From an uncultured virus (IMG/VR IMGVR_UViG_3300040758_000220) (lineage: Duplodnaviria; Heunggongvirae; Uroviricota; Caudoviricetes), in the IMG/VR virus record IMGVR_UViG_3300040758_000220: 64,000 nt of DNA. One strand, written 5' to 3'. Made by a program: the position numbers and the translations under genes. Position 1 is the stretch's first letter. Each line of letters opens with the position of its first letter. Under the pieces are notes generated by a model, which was not told the origin of the DNA, made no database searches, and saw nothing but the letters and a program-made list of their open reading frames with translations. This document shows positions 48,703 to 58,569 of the stretch, piece after piece.

Positions 48703-49065
48703 GTGAGTACGATGAAACGAGTGTACACAGCTACCGAGCCTCTCCCCCCGCTCGACCTAGCGCCGCAAGCGGTAGTGAATGTGTCGGTTGCGAAGCTCCA
48801 TCACGATCAAGGCATCGATTTTGAAAGCGGAGAGGATGATCTCGACACTTACAAGGCGGCTTATTTTCGATTGGACGACAATCAGATAGTTGCCCTAATC
48901 CATCACGCTAGAGAACCTCAAGGTAGCATAAGCATCTATCTTGACCGCGGCCTCGGACCTAAGCGGGTCAAAAAAGTGGTCCATGCGGTGATAACCAGCC
49001 TAGGAATTGCTGACGGGCTGGTAGGCTGGGTGGAAACGGAAGTCCTTCGGCCTCCCATAGTCTAG
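48703..49065 (+). CDS. Small cargo protein, possible immunity/antitoxin
   Basis: Acidic FESGEDDLD motif; starts 1 nt after the partner. Confidence 0.5.
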   Translation: MSTMKRVYTATEPLPPLDLAPQAVVNVSVAKLHHDQGIDFESGEDDLDTYKAAYFRLDDNQIVALIHHAREPQGSISIYLDRGLGPKRVKKVVHAVITSLGIADGLVGWVETEVLRPPIV

Positions 49066-49071
49066 CCGCAT

Positions 49072-50055
49072 TTACCCAGCCTTGTGCCTCTGCCAGTAGC
49101 CGCAGAAATCGACTGACGGCCCGTTCGACATCGCCAGCTTGACGGCGTGCTGCGTCTGCTCCCCATTCGAGACGCGCCGGTTATCCTCACGCCATGCGCT
49201 TTCGCGGGCATAGTTCGCCAGATATGCGCCGCTGATATGGTGAAAATGGCCGCGCTCGCCGCGCCGCAGACGCGAGAAGGCCGACTCCGCGAGGTTCGAT
49301 GACACGCCGTTCAAGCTATAGGCTTCGCCGTGGTCGATGCGGCTGACGGCATAGTGAGCGTCCAGCGGGTTCCAGGAAGACGCTTCGTCCACCACAATGT
49401 TCGATCCCTTGGCGACGTGGGCAGCGATCCAGCCGACCGATTGGGCTTCGGCTTGGAACACGCTGGACACGATCTTGCCCTCTCGCTCACGCGCGATCAC
49501 CACCACCTTGCGCTTGCCGGACTGATTGCGTGCCAGTCGCCGGTCGCGGCGGTTCTCTTTGAGGTTCGCGGGCCGGACGTGGCCTCCCGCGTACATGCCG
49601 TCTATCTCAACCGTTTTGCCTTCGCCACCGACCCGCGCGCCTTTCATTTCGGAACCGATGGCCTCGCGGATTTTGTGCATCAACACGAAGCTGGTCTTGT
49701 AGCTGGTGCCCAGATCGCGAGACAGAGCCAGCGCATTCTTGCCTTTGACTTCGTTCATCGCCAGCGCAATCGCGCATAGATAGACCTGCAACGGCATCTT
49801 GTGCGAGGCGAAAAGGGTTCCGCTCGATATGGAAAATTCCTTGTCGCAAGCCTTGCAACGCCACCGCAGCGGGCCGCGGGCGCGTCGCACGGTGTAATGC
49901 ACCAACCCGCCGCAGTATGGGCACACCGGCTCCCCATTGGTCTCTGGCCAGCGGATGCGGGCGAACAGCAACTCGGCGTCTGCGTTCGACAACCGCATGA
50001 CGTGCGCCAGTGTGAGGGTCTTGGCGGCGGGGGAGAGTAGGAAGTGCTGGGACAT
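49072..50055 (-). CDS. IS1595-family DDE transposase
   Basis: RWP...PVCPYCG...CKAC Zn ribbon, VEIDG, VVDE, IDH, SNLAES. Confidence 0.95.
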   Translation of the reverse strand: MSQHFLLSPAAKTLTLAHVMRLSNADAELLFARIRWPETNGEPVCPYCGGLVHYTVRRARGPLRWRCKACDKEFSISSGTLFASHKMPLQVYLCAIALAMNEVKGKNALALSRDLGTSYKTSFVLMHKIREAIGSEMKGARVGGEGKTVEIDGMYAGGHVRPANLKENRRDRRLARNQSGKRKVVVIAREREGKIVSSVFQAEAQSVGWIAAHVAKGSNIVVDEASSWNPLDAHYAVSRIDHGEAYSLNGVSSNLAESAFSRLRRGERGHFHHISGAYLANYARESAWREDNRRVSNGEQTQHAVKLAMSNGPSVDFCGYWQRHKAG

Positions 50056-50166
50056 GGCAACATCACCACATTCGATGTATCTACCCCGAATGTGATGGCG
50101 ATATTCACCGTTGTCAAGGGTAAAAACATCGGATACGATGATATTTCACATCGGACGGAGGGCGAT

Positions 50167-50394
50167 ATGCCCGAGGAGCACTGGCAGAAGCGGGTGAAGG
50201 GGATTCTGAAGGCCGAACTGAAGCGCCGGCATGTCGGCTACAAGGAACTGGCCGAGAGGCTGCACACCGTGGGGGTGGAGGAAACCGACCGGAACATTGC
50301 CAACAAGATCGCGCGTGGCGGGTTCAGCGCGGTGTTCTTTGTTCAATGCCTACAGGCTATCGGGTGCCATACGGTGCATCTTGAAGACGCCTAG
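50167..50394 (+). CDS. DUF6471-like HTH regulator
   Basis: W...VKGILKAELKRR.V.Y.ELA..L...G..ET..NIANKI.RG.FSA.FF.QCL. Confidence 0.85.
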   Translation: MPEEHWQKRVKGILKAELKRRHVGYKELAERLHTVGVEETDRNIANKIARGGFSAVFFVQCLQAIGCHTVHLEDA

Positions 50395-50419
50395 GCTTCG
50401 GGGTGAGGTTCCCTGCGGC

Positions 50420-51358
50420 TTGAAGGTCGCAGGGACTGCCATCTTCCTCGCGTTGCTCGCCGCGTATGTCGGCACATACATAGTCAGCCAGTACCGCCAA
50501 ACGGAGCTATATCAGCCAACCCCAAGTAGCAGGGATGGCAGTCGCGACCCACAATCCCATCCCCAAACATCCAACCAGCAGACTGGCGATGAGCCAAGCG
50601 GCACCGAGCAGAAACCGTTCGTCGTAAAGGTAGCCCCATCCCCGGAGGCTCAACCCGAGACACCCGAACAGCGAGAGGCCCGCAAAGCAAAAGCGACGGA
50701 TGACCATCTGGGCGTTGTATTCTCTGGCATCGCCGCCTTCGCCACGGTTCTCTTGGTGTTCGTAACCGGCGGCCTGTGGGTTGCCACTTATCGGCTGTAT
50801 CGCGGAACCCTGCGAGCCATCAAAGGTGAGGAAAAGGCCGCCAAGGCCATGAGCGATCTGGCGACAACTGCCGACAAGACCGCTGAACGGCAGCTTCGAG
50901 CATATGTGTTCGTCGAGAACGCATGGGTCATATGGGTGCCAGACGAAGATGATCTGTCTAGAGATGAAAATGTCAGATTCACAGGCAAGGACCCATGGTA
51001 CGTTCTGTATAAGTTGAAAAACTATGGCGTCACTCCTGCCTATAAAACGCGTGTCAAGCATGTTGCGACCGTAGTTAACTGGCCGCCAGACGGTCTCCCG
51101 ACGCCTGTAGACGGTGACTACTTTGGGACCGTCGCGCCGAACGAAGACTTTATCGACAACGAGACCACCAAGGTCGAGGGAATGCCGCTCGGAGAAATTA
51201 TAGCTGAATACAAAGCCGTTATGCTCATCGGCCGCATCGACTATCTCGACGCGTTCAGCAAAGAACGATGGACCGAATTCTGTTACTACTTGAATGGCAC
51301 CATTCCCGACGATGGCGAGATGTCCATTCACGACGCCGGAAACGAGTCCGACCAATAG
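50420..51358 (+). CDS. Membrane-anchored cargo protein (start uncertain)
   Basis: Two TM helices; ERQLRAYV, LKNYG.TPA and GRIDYLDAF motifs; lower GC. Confidence 0.65.
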   Translation: MKVAGTAIFLALLAAYVGTYIVSQYRQTELYQPTPSSRDGSRDPQSHPQTSNQQTGDEPSGTEQKPFVVKVAPSPEAQPETPEQREARKAKATDDHLGVVFSGIAAFATVLLVFVTGGLWVATYRLYRGTLRAIKGEEKAAKAMSDLATTADKTAERQLRAYVFVENAWVIWVPDEDDLSRDENVRFTGKDPWYVLYKLKNYGVTPAYKTRVKHVATVVNWPPDGLPTPVDGDYFGTVAPNEDFIDNETTKVEGMPLGEIIAEYKAVMLIGRIDYLDAFSKERWTEFCYYLNGTIPDDGEMSIHDAGNESDQ

Positions 51359-51487
51359 CGCAACCGTCATTGCGATGCACCTCACATGCATAGCACTCGT
51401 CCCTTGCATCTGTCTCATTTATGGTATATTCAGGAAAGTGCTAGTGCTGGCCTAGCGGTTTCCTTAGACACTTGCGCCATAAGTCCG

Positions 51488-51691
51488 GATCAGCCGATGG
51501 AGAACGCGAAGTCTGGCCTTCTCAGCCTCGGCAACCAGCCTATGTAGCCGCTGCACGTCGCCCAGGACTTGCTTGACGGTCGGTTCGTCAAGCCCGGGCG
51601 CGGACGGCGCCACATATTCCAGGTTCGGCGACGCGAAACGCGGCTGCGGTTTTGTTCGCCTCTTGCGTGGCGCCTTCGGTTTGACGGTCAA
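51488..51691 (-). pseudogene. 5' half of the phage gene split by IS1595 element 1
   Basis: ORF runs into the target duplication and inverted repeat. Confidence 0.65.
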
Positions 51692-52017
51692 CGTCGTCTC
51701 CTCTCGTTATCGTTCGCCTTACGCGCATCCAGCATGATGCCGTGGATGACCGGCAGAAGAATATCGTCTCTGTCTTCCACGGTTTCGTCTCCGAAGAGAA
51801 CCATGGGAATCGGCATCAACATCCCCCGGTGCGGCCCATCCGGCACCCGCTGGATCAAAATTCGGCGACGGTCGGGATCGTGGGCGCCAAGCGTTGCAAA
51901 GCCGAATTCCTCCTCGCCGGGATTCGGCAGCCTGATCCGCGTGTAGCGGTCCGGGTGGGCGATGAAGAACTGCGCGTCGGTAAGAGTGGCGGACATTTCA
52001 CTGCCTCCAGAAAACAA
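51688..52017 (-). CDS. Hypothetical phage protein
   Basis: D..FF..HPDR..RIR motif; true start probably near 51996. Confidence 0.6.
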   Translation of the reverse strand: MFSGGSEMSATLTDAQFFIAHPDRYTRIRLPNPGEEEFGFATLGAHDPDRRRILIQRVPDGPHRGMLMPIPMVLFGDETVEDRDDILLPVIHGIMLDARKANDNERRRR

Positions 52018-52218
52018 CGGTTGCTGTCGGCGATCTCGGCAACGGTCTTGCGGGCGCCGTGCTCGCGATAGAACGCGAGCGTCGCCACGCAGCAGATTTC
52101 GAACAGGGCGGCGTCAATGGCGCGGCGCACGGTTACCGGGAGAGCGTCGTAGGCACGCATCTGCTTGGCCTTGTCGTAGACGCCAGTGAAGGCGGCGACG
52201 TAGCCTTGGACTGGAGCG

Positions 52219-53634
52219 CTATTTCCCTGCACGCTCACGCAACGCCTCCACAATCCGCTCGAACACCGCGGGCCATGTCCCGTCAGGCCCCTGCCGGAAC
52301 AGCCGCGTCTGCGGATACCAGAGCGGCGTGTCGCCGGACCTACCGGCCCGCCAATCGCCTCCAAGATGCGACAGCGGCACCCAGCACTCCTTCTCGCAAG
52401 CCGCCGCCAGATGGGCCACGAACGACTCGCACACAACGACCAGATCGACCTCGCGCAGGATCGCCACCGTATCGAGTGAGTCGCGAATCCAGGGCGACAT
52501 ATCCCGAATCAGGCTGGCGCACCCCGCCGCGTGCAAATCCTGCACTCGTTCCCCGATTTGTACCGAGTAGAGCTGCACCCCCGGCACCTGATACAACGCC
52601 AGGAATTCGGTTACGGGAATGGACCGGTAGCGGTCGATCTCGTTCAGCGGGCTGCCGCCATAGGCGATCGCGATATGCAGCTTCCGGTTCGGCGACTTCC
52701 AGCCGCGCGGGACTTCCGACCGCGCCGGCGGCATCTCCCAGACCTGGCGCTGGTTGCGGATTTGCTCCGTCGTCAGGTTGAGCGCCACGGGAATGGAGAG
52801 CACCGGAACCCACTGATCGGCGATCGGGTAGGTCGGCGATTGAGGAACCACCTCGACGTTCTTCAGACCAGAGAACGCCAGCGTCATCATACGCAGGATG
52901 TCGGGCTGCACGCGGAAGATCAGCTTCTCGACCAGTTTGGACGCGGCGGGGACGAAGCGGGCGAAACTCACGGTGTCTCCAGCCCCCATATCCGCCTCGA
53001 CCAGCAATGTCTCTACGTGTCCCCCGGTCCATTCCGAGTATGGCATGTTCGTCAGATGTGGAATTTTGTACGGCACGCGCGCTGCGAAATGCCGGAGTCC
53101 GTTGGCATAATCACCCGCGAAGAGGTAAGCAAACCCAAGCCCCGTCTCGATGATCGGCTCCTGCGACATCTCGAACGCCATGCGCGCGTATTCCAGCGAT
53201 TCCTCGACGCGGCCCTGGATCGACAGCGCGAGCGAGAGGTTCGTCCACGCGAACGCGCGGCCTTCCTGGTCGAATTCGGGATTGTCCTCCAGTATCTTGA
53301 TCGCGGCGCGCGCCACGGTCTCGGCTTCGTCGATCTGGCCGATGTTCACCAGCCGGTGCCCGAGATTGACCATCGCCTTGACGTGCAGTTCAGGCGTCAG
53401 GTCGCCCTTTTCGTCGCCCATCGGGCATTCCATGCAGCGCCGGTAGGCGGCGATCGCTCCAGCCGTCGCCTTCATGTCGGCGAGGGCGCCTGCCATGACA
53501 TACCAACCGACCGCCATCGTCGGGTCCGCAATGACCGCGCTGCACAGCATCCGGTAGGCTTTGGTCGGGTCCTGCTGGACGAGGGGGAGCGCTTGATTGT
53601 GGAAGGAAATGCTGCGCTCGCGGGCTTCGTTCAC
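52219..53634 (-). CDS. TPR-repeat plus glycosyltransferase family 9-like protein
   Basis: TPR helices; DMGAGD...FARF, RSIP, YSVQ, DLVV...S..AHLAAA..K, DWR.....PLWYP..RLFRQ. Confidence 0.85.
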   Translation of the reverse strand: MNEARERSISFHNQALPLVQQDPTKAYRMLCSAVIADPTMAVGWYVMAGALADMKATAGAIAAYRRCMECPMGDEKGDLTPELHVKAMVNLGHRLVNIGQIDEAETVARAAIKILEDNPEFDQEGRAFAWTNLSLALSIQGRVEESLEYARMAFEMSQEPIIETGLGFAYLFAGDYANGLRHFAARVPYKIPHLTNMPYSEWTGGHVETLLVEADMGAGDTVSFARFVPAASKLVEKLIFRVQPDILRMMTLAFSGLKNVEVVPQSPTYPIADQWVPVLSIPVALNLTTEQIRNQRQVWEMPPARSEVPRGWKSPNRKLHIAIAYGGSPLNEIDRYRSIPVTEFLALYQVPGVQLYSVQIGERVQDLHAAGCASLIRDMSPWIRDSLDTVAILREVDLVVVCESFVAHLAAACEKECWVPLSHLGGDWRAGRSGDTPLWYPQTRLFRQGPDGTWPAVFERIVEALRERAGK

Positions 53635-53799
53635 CTTCCGACCCCTCCAACCCGCCGTTCCTTCCGGATGAGCATGGCGAGGGTCATCGCACCACCAGCC
53701 ACACCATAAGCGCCACCCAACCGAGCACCACGAGCAGCCGAAAGTTGACCGTTGCTGCGCGCTCGCGTTGCCAGAGGCATCCTCGACTCTCGTGGATGG

Positions 53800-54588
53800 T
53801 CATCGCATGGCCTGCTTGGGAAGTGGGGTGGCGTGGGTGGGTGGTTCGGGCGGCGGCGCGACGACGGCCGGTTCTTGGCGCTCTCCGAAGCCTCGGTCAT
53901 GGGTTTCTTGGATGTATCGCTGCACCGCTTGGATAGCCTCCACAACGACGGGATCGTCGCCTCGCGGCGCCAACTCAGCGGGTAGTGGGATCGGCGTGGC
54001 GTACTTGGGGTCGAGAGGCCCGTCGAGGCAGCCGGCTGGCTGATTGAAACAACCGATCGTCGGGCAGTCGGCCGCATGGAATCCAGCAGGTTCAATCCAT
54101 GCCGAGCAGTGATCGCACCACCGCATTTTTCTGAGGCGGCGTTGCTCATTCGCATCCTTCTCACGCGCCAACTCCGCCTCAAGCTCGGCGACGCGGGCTT
54201 CTGCCGTCACGGCGCGCAGCCCAAGCACGGACATTTCAGGCGACTGCGCCGTTGGATATCGGCCGCGCCCATTGTCCTCCCGCCACTCCGCCGGGCCGAG
54301 GTAGCGGTAACCCTGTTCGAAGGCGTCGTCTGGCATCGTTGGGCACGGAAGAGGGTGGCCCGACCACTGATCTTCCAGGTGCCAAGTCAGCACCCATTCC
54401 TCGCCATCTGGCGCGCGCACCCAATGTTGCCCGTGCTCATGATGCTCCGGCGGCGGGCGCAGTTCGGTCACCTGCGCCTCGTTGTGAACCATCCTCAGAC
54501 TCCCGTCGTCTTGCTGCTGGAACACCGATACCGCACTGTGGTCAGGGCCGTGCGCGGTGTCACAAGCAAAGGGAATTATATACTTCAC
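53800..54588 (-). CDS. Hypothetical phage protein
   Basis: 262-aa ORF, GTGA-coupled. Confidence 0.55.
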   Translation of the reverse strand: MKYIIPFACDTAHGPDHSAVSVFQQQDDGSLRMVHNEAQVTELRPPPEHHEHGQHWVRAPDGEEWVLTWHLEDQWSGHPLPCPTMPDDAFEQGYRYLGPAEWREDNGRGRYPTAQSPEMSVLGLRAVTAEARVAELEAELAREKDANEQRRLRKMRWCDHCSAWIEPAGFHAADCPTIGCFNQPAGCLDGPLDPKYATPIPLPAELAPRGDDPVVVEAIQAVQRYIQETHDRGFGERQEPAVVAPPPEPPTHATPLPKQAMR

Positions 54589-55028
54589 TCCCCAGCCTCC
54601 AACGCGGCCAAGACCTCACGCTCGTTAATGCAAATTTGGCCGCAGAGAAGCGCCATCAACTCCGGCTCCTCGCCGTTCCGTGTCCAGACGATGGTGCGTT
54701 TCCCAGCACCAGCCATCCAGCCGATCTCAAGATGCGCCGATCGGCCGCACGGCAGGAACAGGATGCCGACATCGGCCCATTTCATGCCGTCGAAGTCGCT
54801 GTTGAAGCCCCGCTGCGCGAGAGGATGTTTCAAGTGCTCGCGATATTGGTAGGACGTCCAGCCTTCCCAGTTCGGGTCAAGCTCTGACCACCGAAATCCG
54901 TTTGTAATGCCGCCGGGTGGGTTGCGAAAATCGTAGACCTCATGGCCATGCGACCGCAAGATTTCAACAGCGAACGGCTGGTTGGCGTTGCGCCAGCTTG
55001 AGGCGAGATAAATCTTACAAGGAGTCAT
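54585..55028 (-). CDS. Nucleoside 2-deoxyribosyltransferase-like/TIR-like fold protein
   Basis: KIYLASSWRN, GHEVYDF, D...M.WAD, PCGRSAHLEIGW. Confidence 0.7.
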   Translation of the reverse strand: MTPCKIYLASSWRNANQPFAVEILRSHGHEVYDFRNPPGGITNGFRWSELDPNWEGWTSYQYREHLKHPLAQRGFNSDFDGMKWADVGILFLPCGRSAHLEIGWMAGAGKRTIVWTRNGEEPELMALLCGQICINEREVLAALEAGE

Positions 55029-55183
55029 CTATATAATTCCCCAAGCAAATACATATTCGCCGATCTTCTTCGTCGCGGCGTTATCGAGCAGCCGCTTCAA
55101 CAAAGGATGCGACTGGTAGATTTGTGCAAACGCCCGTTTCTGCGCGGGCGTCAGTGGGTTGTTCGTTGCCGGCAGATCGACCA

Positions 55184-55390
55184 TTACTCCCTCCTGCTCC
55201 CCGGCGTCTTATCGACACAGACCGTGATAGAGTACCGCGTCCCGGCACCACCTTCTGGCCGCGACCAGCGGTGAACCCACTCGTTCGTGGCCGCCCGCCA
55301 TTCGGCCTGGTGGCCGGCGGCGCAATGCTTGCACCCGGCGCGCACGCTGACCTCGGGCGGCTTGGTGGGCGGCGGGGCGGTTTCGCTCAT
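55184..55390 (-). CDS. Small hypothetical protein
   Basis: ATGA-coupled. Confidence 0.45.
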   Translation of the reverse strand: MSETAPPPTKPPEVSVRAGCKHCAAGHQAEWRAATNEWVHRWSRPEGGAGTRYSITVCVDKTPGSRRE

Positions 55391-55791
55391 CCCGCAACCT
55401 CGCGCGCCGCAGCCAAGTGCTTGCCGGGCGGCTCCGGCTTGCGCTCGGGCGTTTCCACGACCGCCGGCCGGCGCAGGTATTCGGCGCTGGGTATGAACGC
55501 GTAACCGGGTTCAGTGGCGATCTCCTCTGGCGTGATCATTTGCAGTTCGAGGGCGTCGCGCGCGTTATACCGCCAACTCTGACTGATCAGGAAGAATCTG
55601 AACTCGACAACCGCTTCGTTCATCATCTCCGGTGACCACGTGACAGGCGGCGTTCCCGGATGCCGGTAGCATCGGGCATGAAACTCGCCGCCCTCGAATA
55701 CCCCGGCGACACGCTCAGGCACCATCAGCAAGCCAATGCAGATACCCGCATCGTCCACCAACTTGAACCACGCGCCAGAGAGGCGTTTCAT
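55387..55791 (-). CDS. Hypothetical protein
   Basis: ATGA-coupled on both sides. Confidence 0.55.
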   Translation of the reverse strand: MKRLSGAWFKLVDDAGICIGLLMVPERVAGVFEGGEFHARCYRHPGTPPVTWSPEMMNEAVVEFRFFLISQSWRYNARDALELQMITPEEIATEPGYAFIPSAEYLRRPAVVETPERKPEPPGKHLAAAREVAG

Positions 55792-56329
55792 GGCTGCGTT
55801 CTCGCAATCGAGCGGATCAGCGGCATCCAGGTCTCCCCCAGCTTGTAGGCGCGGCCATCGCCCGCGAGTTTTAGCAGCAACTCACGGTCTTCGGGCGCCA
55901 GTGAAGCCCCGGCAATAGCATCCAGATACCTAGCCGACACCGCCAGCAGCAGCGCCCGTTCATCCGCAGTCACTTCCGCCCGCCCCGACCCTTGTGTGGC
56001 CTGCCGCACGCCATCAGCCGGCCCTCCCCTTGTCGTTCAGGACGAACTCCTTGGCATCCGACCGCCACGCCGGCTCAGCCTTTTCGCCGCGGTCGCAGAC
56101 GCCGACCGGGCGGGTGACGACGATGTGCTTCACTTCGGGTTTTGTGTCAGCCATGTCGGGTGCTCCTGAACTACGAACGACTGGATCGACGCTTGCTGCG
56201 TTTCGCGGCACGCTTCTGGCGGTATGCTGCCGCAACAGCTTGCTTCGCGGGGCGCCCCGACCGAACCATTTCCCTCACGTTGGACCGGAAAGTGGCATCC
56301 GATGAGCCGGTTTTCAGCGGCATAGCACC

Positions 56330-56569
56330 TTACCCCGCAGGCGGCTGTGTCGGCGTCAGCGAATATGTTTCGCCGGCGTGCGACTTGGTGAGCCGCGCCT
56401 CCAGCGCCGCGATCTCCGCCGTGAAGTGGGCGAAGATCGCCTCGAACGGGTTTACCGCGCCGTGCCAGGGGCGAGCTTCGTCGGCCGGCGCCTCGGGCGC
56501 CGGCTCGGCGGGCGGCGTTGGTTCGCCCGCCACTTCCGGCAATGCCCCGGCTTCCTCTGTCCCGCTCAC
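56330..56569 (-). CDS. Hypothetical protein
   Basis: GTGA-coupled. Confidence 0.5.
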   Translation of the reverse strand: MSGTEEAGALPEVAGEPTPPAEPAPEAPADEARPWHGAVNPFEAIFAHFTAEIAALEARLTKSHAGETYSLTPTQPPAG

Positions 56570-56778
56570 GGCGTCACCGCCGGGGCTGGGACCGGCAGCA
56601 GATACGCCTCGACCTCCCCGGCTCCCTTCACGATATCCGCAACCGAAGGCGGCGGCGTGGTCGGGATGCGTTCGATCACCTTCAGCATGTATTCCAGCGC
56701 ATACCGCCGGCGTTCCTCATCGACCGTTACCGGCGTCGGCGGGGTTGCCGGGGCGTCTCCGAACAAGGCCATTTTCAT
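56566..56778 (-). CDS. Hypothetical protein
   Basis: AGGAG RBS. Confidence 0.55.
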   Translation of the reverse strand: MKMALFGDAPATPPTPVTVDEERRRYALEYMLKVIERIPTTPPPSVADIVKGAGEVEAYLLPVPAPAVTP

Positions 56779-56799
56779 TCTCCTGTTTCAGCCGTTCCG

Positions 56800-57372
56800 T
56801 CATACTCCAACCCGCGCGCCCGGTTCCACCATCCCGCGCAGCCGGTAGACCGAGGACAGCCCCACGCCCAGTTCCCGGGCCGCGATCGCGGGGCCGAATT
56901 CCGCCGCCATCTCGCGCACCCGCGCCGGGTCGATCGATGGCTTCCGGCCCTTGTATTTGCCCTCGCGACGCGCCTTGGCAACGCCCTCGCGCTGGCGTTC
57001 CAGCATGATATCGCGCTCGAAAGCCGCGATCGCCGCGAGTACGGTGAGTAGCAGCCGGCTGGTCGGATTCCGGGTATCTAGTCGCTCTCCCCCCATCGAC
57101 AGCAGGATCAACCCGACACTACGGCGCGTCAGGTCGTCGATAATGGTCAGCAGGTGCGCCGTGCTCCGCGCCAGCCGGTCCGGCTTCGTCACCACCAGCA
57201 CGTCGCCCGACGCCAGCGACGCCAGGCACGCCTCGAACGCCGGACGCTTGCCGACCGAGGATGCCTGTTCGGAGACGATCCGCTCGGCGCCGGCGGCGCG
57301 CAGGTCGCGCTCCTGCGCCGCGAGGCCGGCAATCTGGTCCTGGGTGCTCGTCCTGGCGTAACCGATAATCAT
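56800..57372 (-). CDS. Small serine recombinase (resolvase/invertase)
   Basis: IGYARTSTQDQ catalytic Ser, GDVLVVTKPDRLARS, ERQREG, C-terminal HTH. Confidence 0.95.
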   Translation of the reverse strand: MIIGYARTSTQDQIAGLAAQERDLRAAGAERIVSEQASSVGKRPAFEACLASLASGDVLVVTKPDRLARSTAHLLTIIDDLTRRSVGLILLSMGGERLDTRNPTSRLLLTVLAAIAAFERDIMLERQREGVAKARREGKYKGRKPSIDPARVREMAAEFGPAIAARELGVGLSSVYRLRGMVEPGARVGV

Positions 57373-57557
57373 GCTTCACCACCGTAAATCCGCCGGCAAC
57401 AGTCTTGGCCTCACGGATGGCCGCGTCGCAGCCGCGCGCTCCTCCGGGGTCGCGGCGCGCGGCGGGTGCAACCATCTGGAAATGCGGCCACCGGGGTCGG
57501 TCGCCACATACCAGACCACGAGGCCGATCCACAGACCGAGAGCATATCCCAGGGCAA

Positions 57558-57894
57558 TCACGCCGCCCGCCTCTCCGCCGCCATGATGCGGTAGACCGTC
57601 GTCCGCGATACTCCGAGCGCCACCGCTGCGGCCTCCGGGCCGATCTGTGCCACCTTCGCCTTCACGTCCGGGCGGCTGATGGTCGGCTGCCTTCCCTTCA
57701 TCCGCCCCTCGGCGCGCGCCGAGGCCATGCCGCGGCGGACGTTCTCGGAACGGATCGCGCGGAGTTCGTCCTGCATGGCGCGGACCAGCGCGAGGCAGCC
57801 GGCGGCGCAGTTGGGGCATGGCGGCGTGTTCGGACAAAGCCGCGTGGTGGCGATCCTGGCGGCGAGGCGGAGGTCGATGTCGTTCGTGGTCATG
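57558..57894 (-). CDS. Resolvase C-terminal (arm plus HTH) protein with Cys-rich N-terminus and no catalytic domain
   Basis: ENVRRGMASARAEGRMKGRQP...LGVSRTTVYR; start approximate. Confidence 0.65.
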
Positions 57895-58050
57895 CGTCCC
57901 TTATGACGTTGCGTTGGGTGGGTGTCAAGGGGTATCAGATACTCCAAAGGAGACCGCTGATGGCTGGATTGCGGTATTATGTAGCAACGGGCACCAAATC
58001 GGATTGGGCCGGATCGGCCCTAATCCCCACCTACTTCTGGTAGGTGCGCC

Positions 58051-58569
58051 GTGAGCGAGAGGGGGCTTGTTCCAGGGCAGGTTGACCGACCCACTGCCAG
58101 AATTTATCCATTCCCCCGCATGGCAGCGCCTCAACCCTCTGCGACGGAGGAAGCCGGGAGCACCCCTGTGTCGGCCTCGGCGGCGCTTGTCGAGACCGCG
58201 AGGGAACCCGCGAGAGGCTTTTTGATAGCGGCGCGGCGAAACTTGACTGAACAAGACTTGGACACCCCCGCGGCGCGTCGATTCCTCATCGCCGAAATCG
58301 AGCGGTTGGATCAAATTTGTTCGGAGCACGGGGAGCTGACTACCAGATTTCACAACCAGAGGGTCCAAATTGCGGAACTGCTGGCAGACGGCAAGGCGCA
58401 GCGGAAAACCGATTTTCTCTCGAATGTCTGTCTTGCGGCGGGGTTCACCGGCATGGGCGCGGCGCCCGCTTATCTTACCCTAGCGGGCGGGGTTGTGTAT
58501 GGTGTGGTGATTCTCCTGGGATCGGCCTGCTTGGCGGCGGCCAGTATTATCTCGAAAGTTCGGAAGTGA
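58051..58569 (+). CDS. Cargo protein with coiled coil and two C-terminal TM helices
   Basis: Hydrophobic hairpin at the C-terminus. Confidence 0.65.
   Translation: MSERGLVPGQVDRPTARIYPFPRMAAPQPSATEEAGSTPVSASAALVETAREPARGFLIAARRNLTEQDLDTPAARRFLIAEIERLDQICSEHGELTTRFHNQRVQIAELLADGKAQRKTDFLSNVCLAAGFTGMGAAPAYLTLAGGVVYGVVILLGSACLAAASIISKVRK

Larger units (their letters stand above)
47401..51487. mobile_element. IS1595-family cargo transposon 1 (4087 bp)
   Basis: Perfect 31-bp inverted repeats CGGACTTATGGCGCAAGTGTCTAAGGAAACC (47401-47431, 51457-51487); 8-bp duplication GATCAGCC. Confidence 0.95.
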
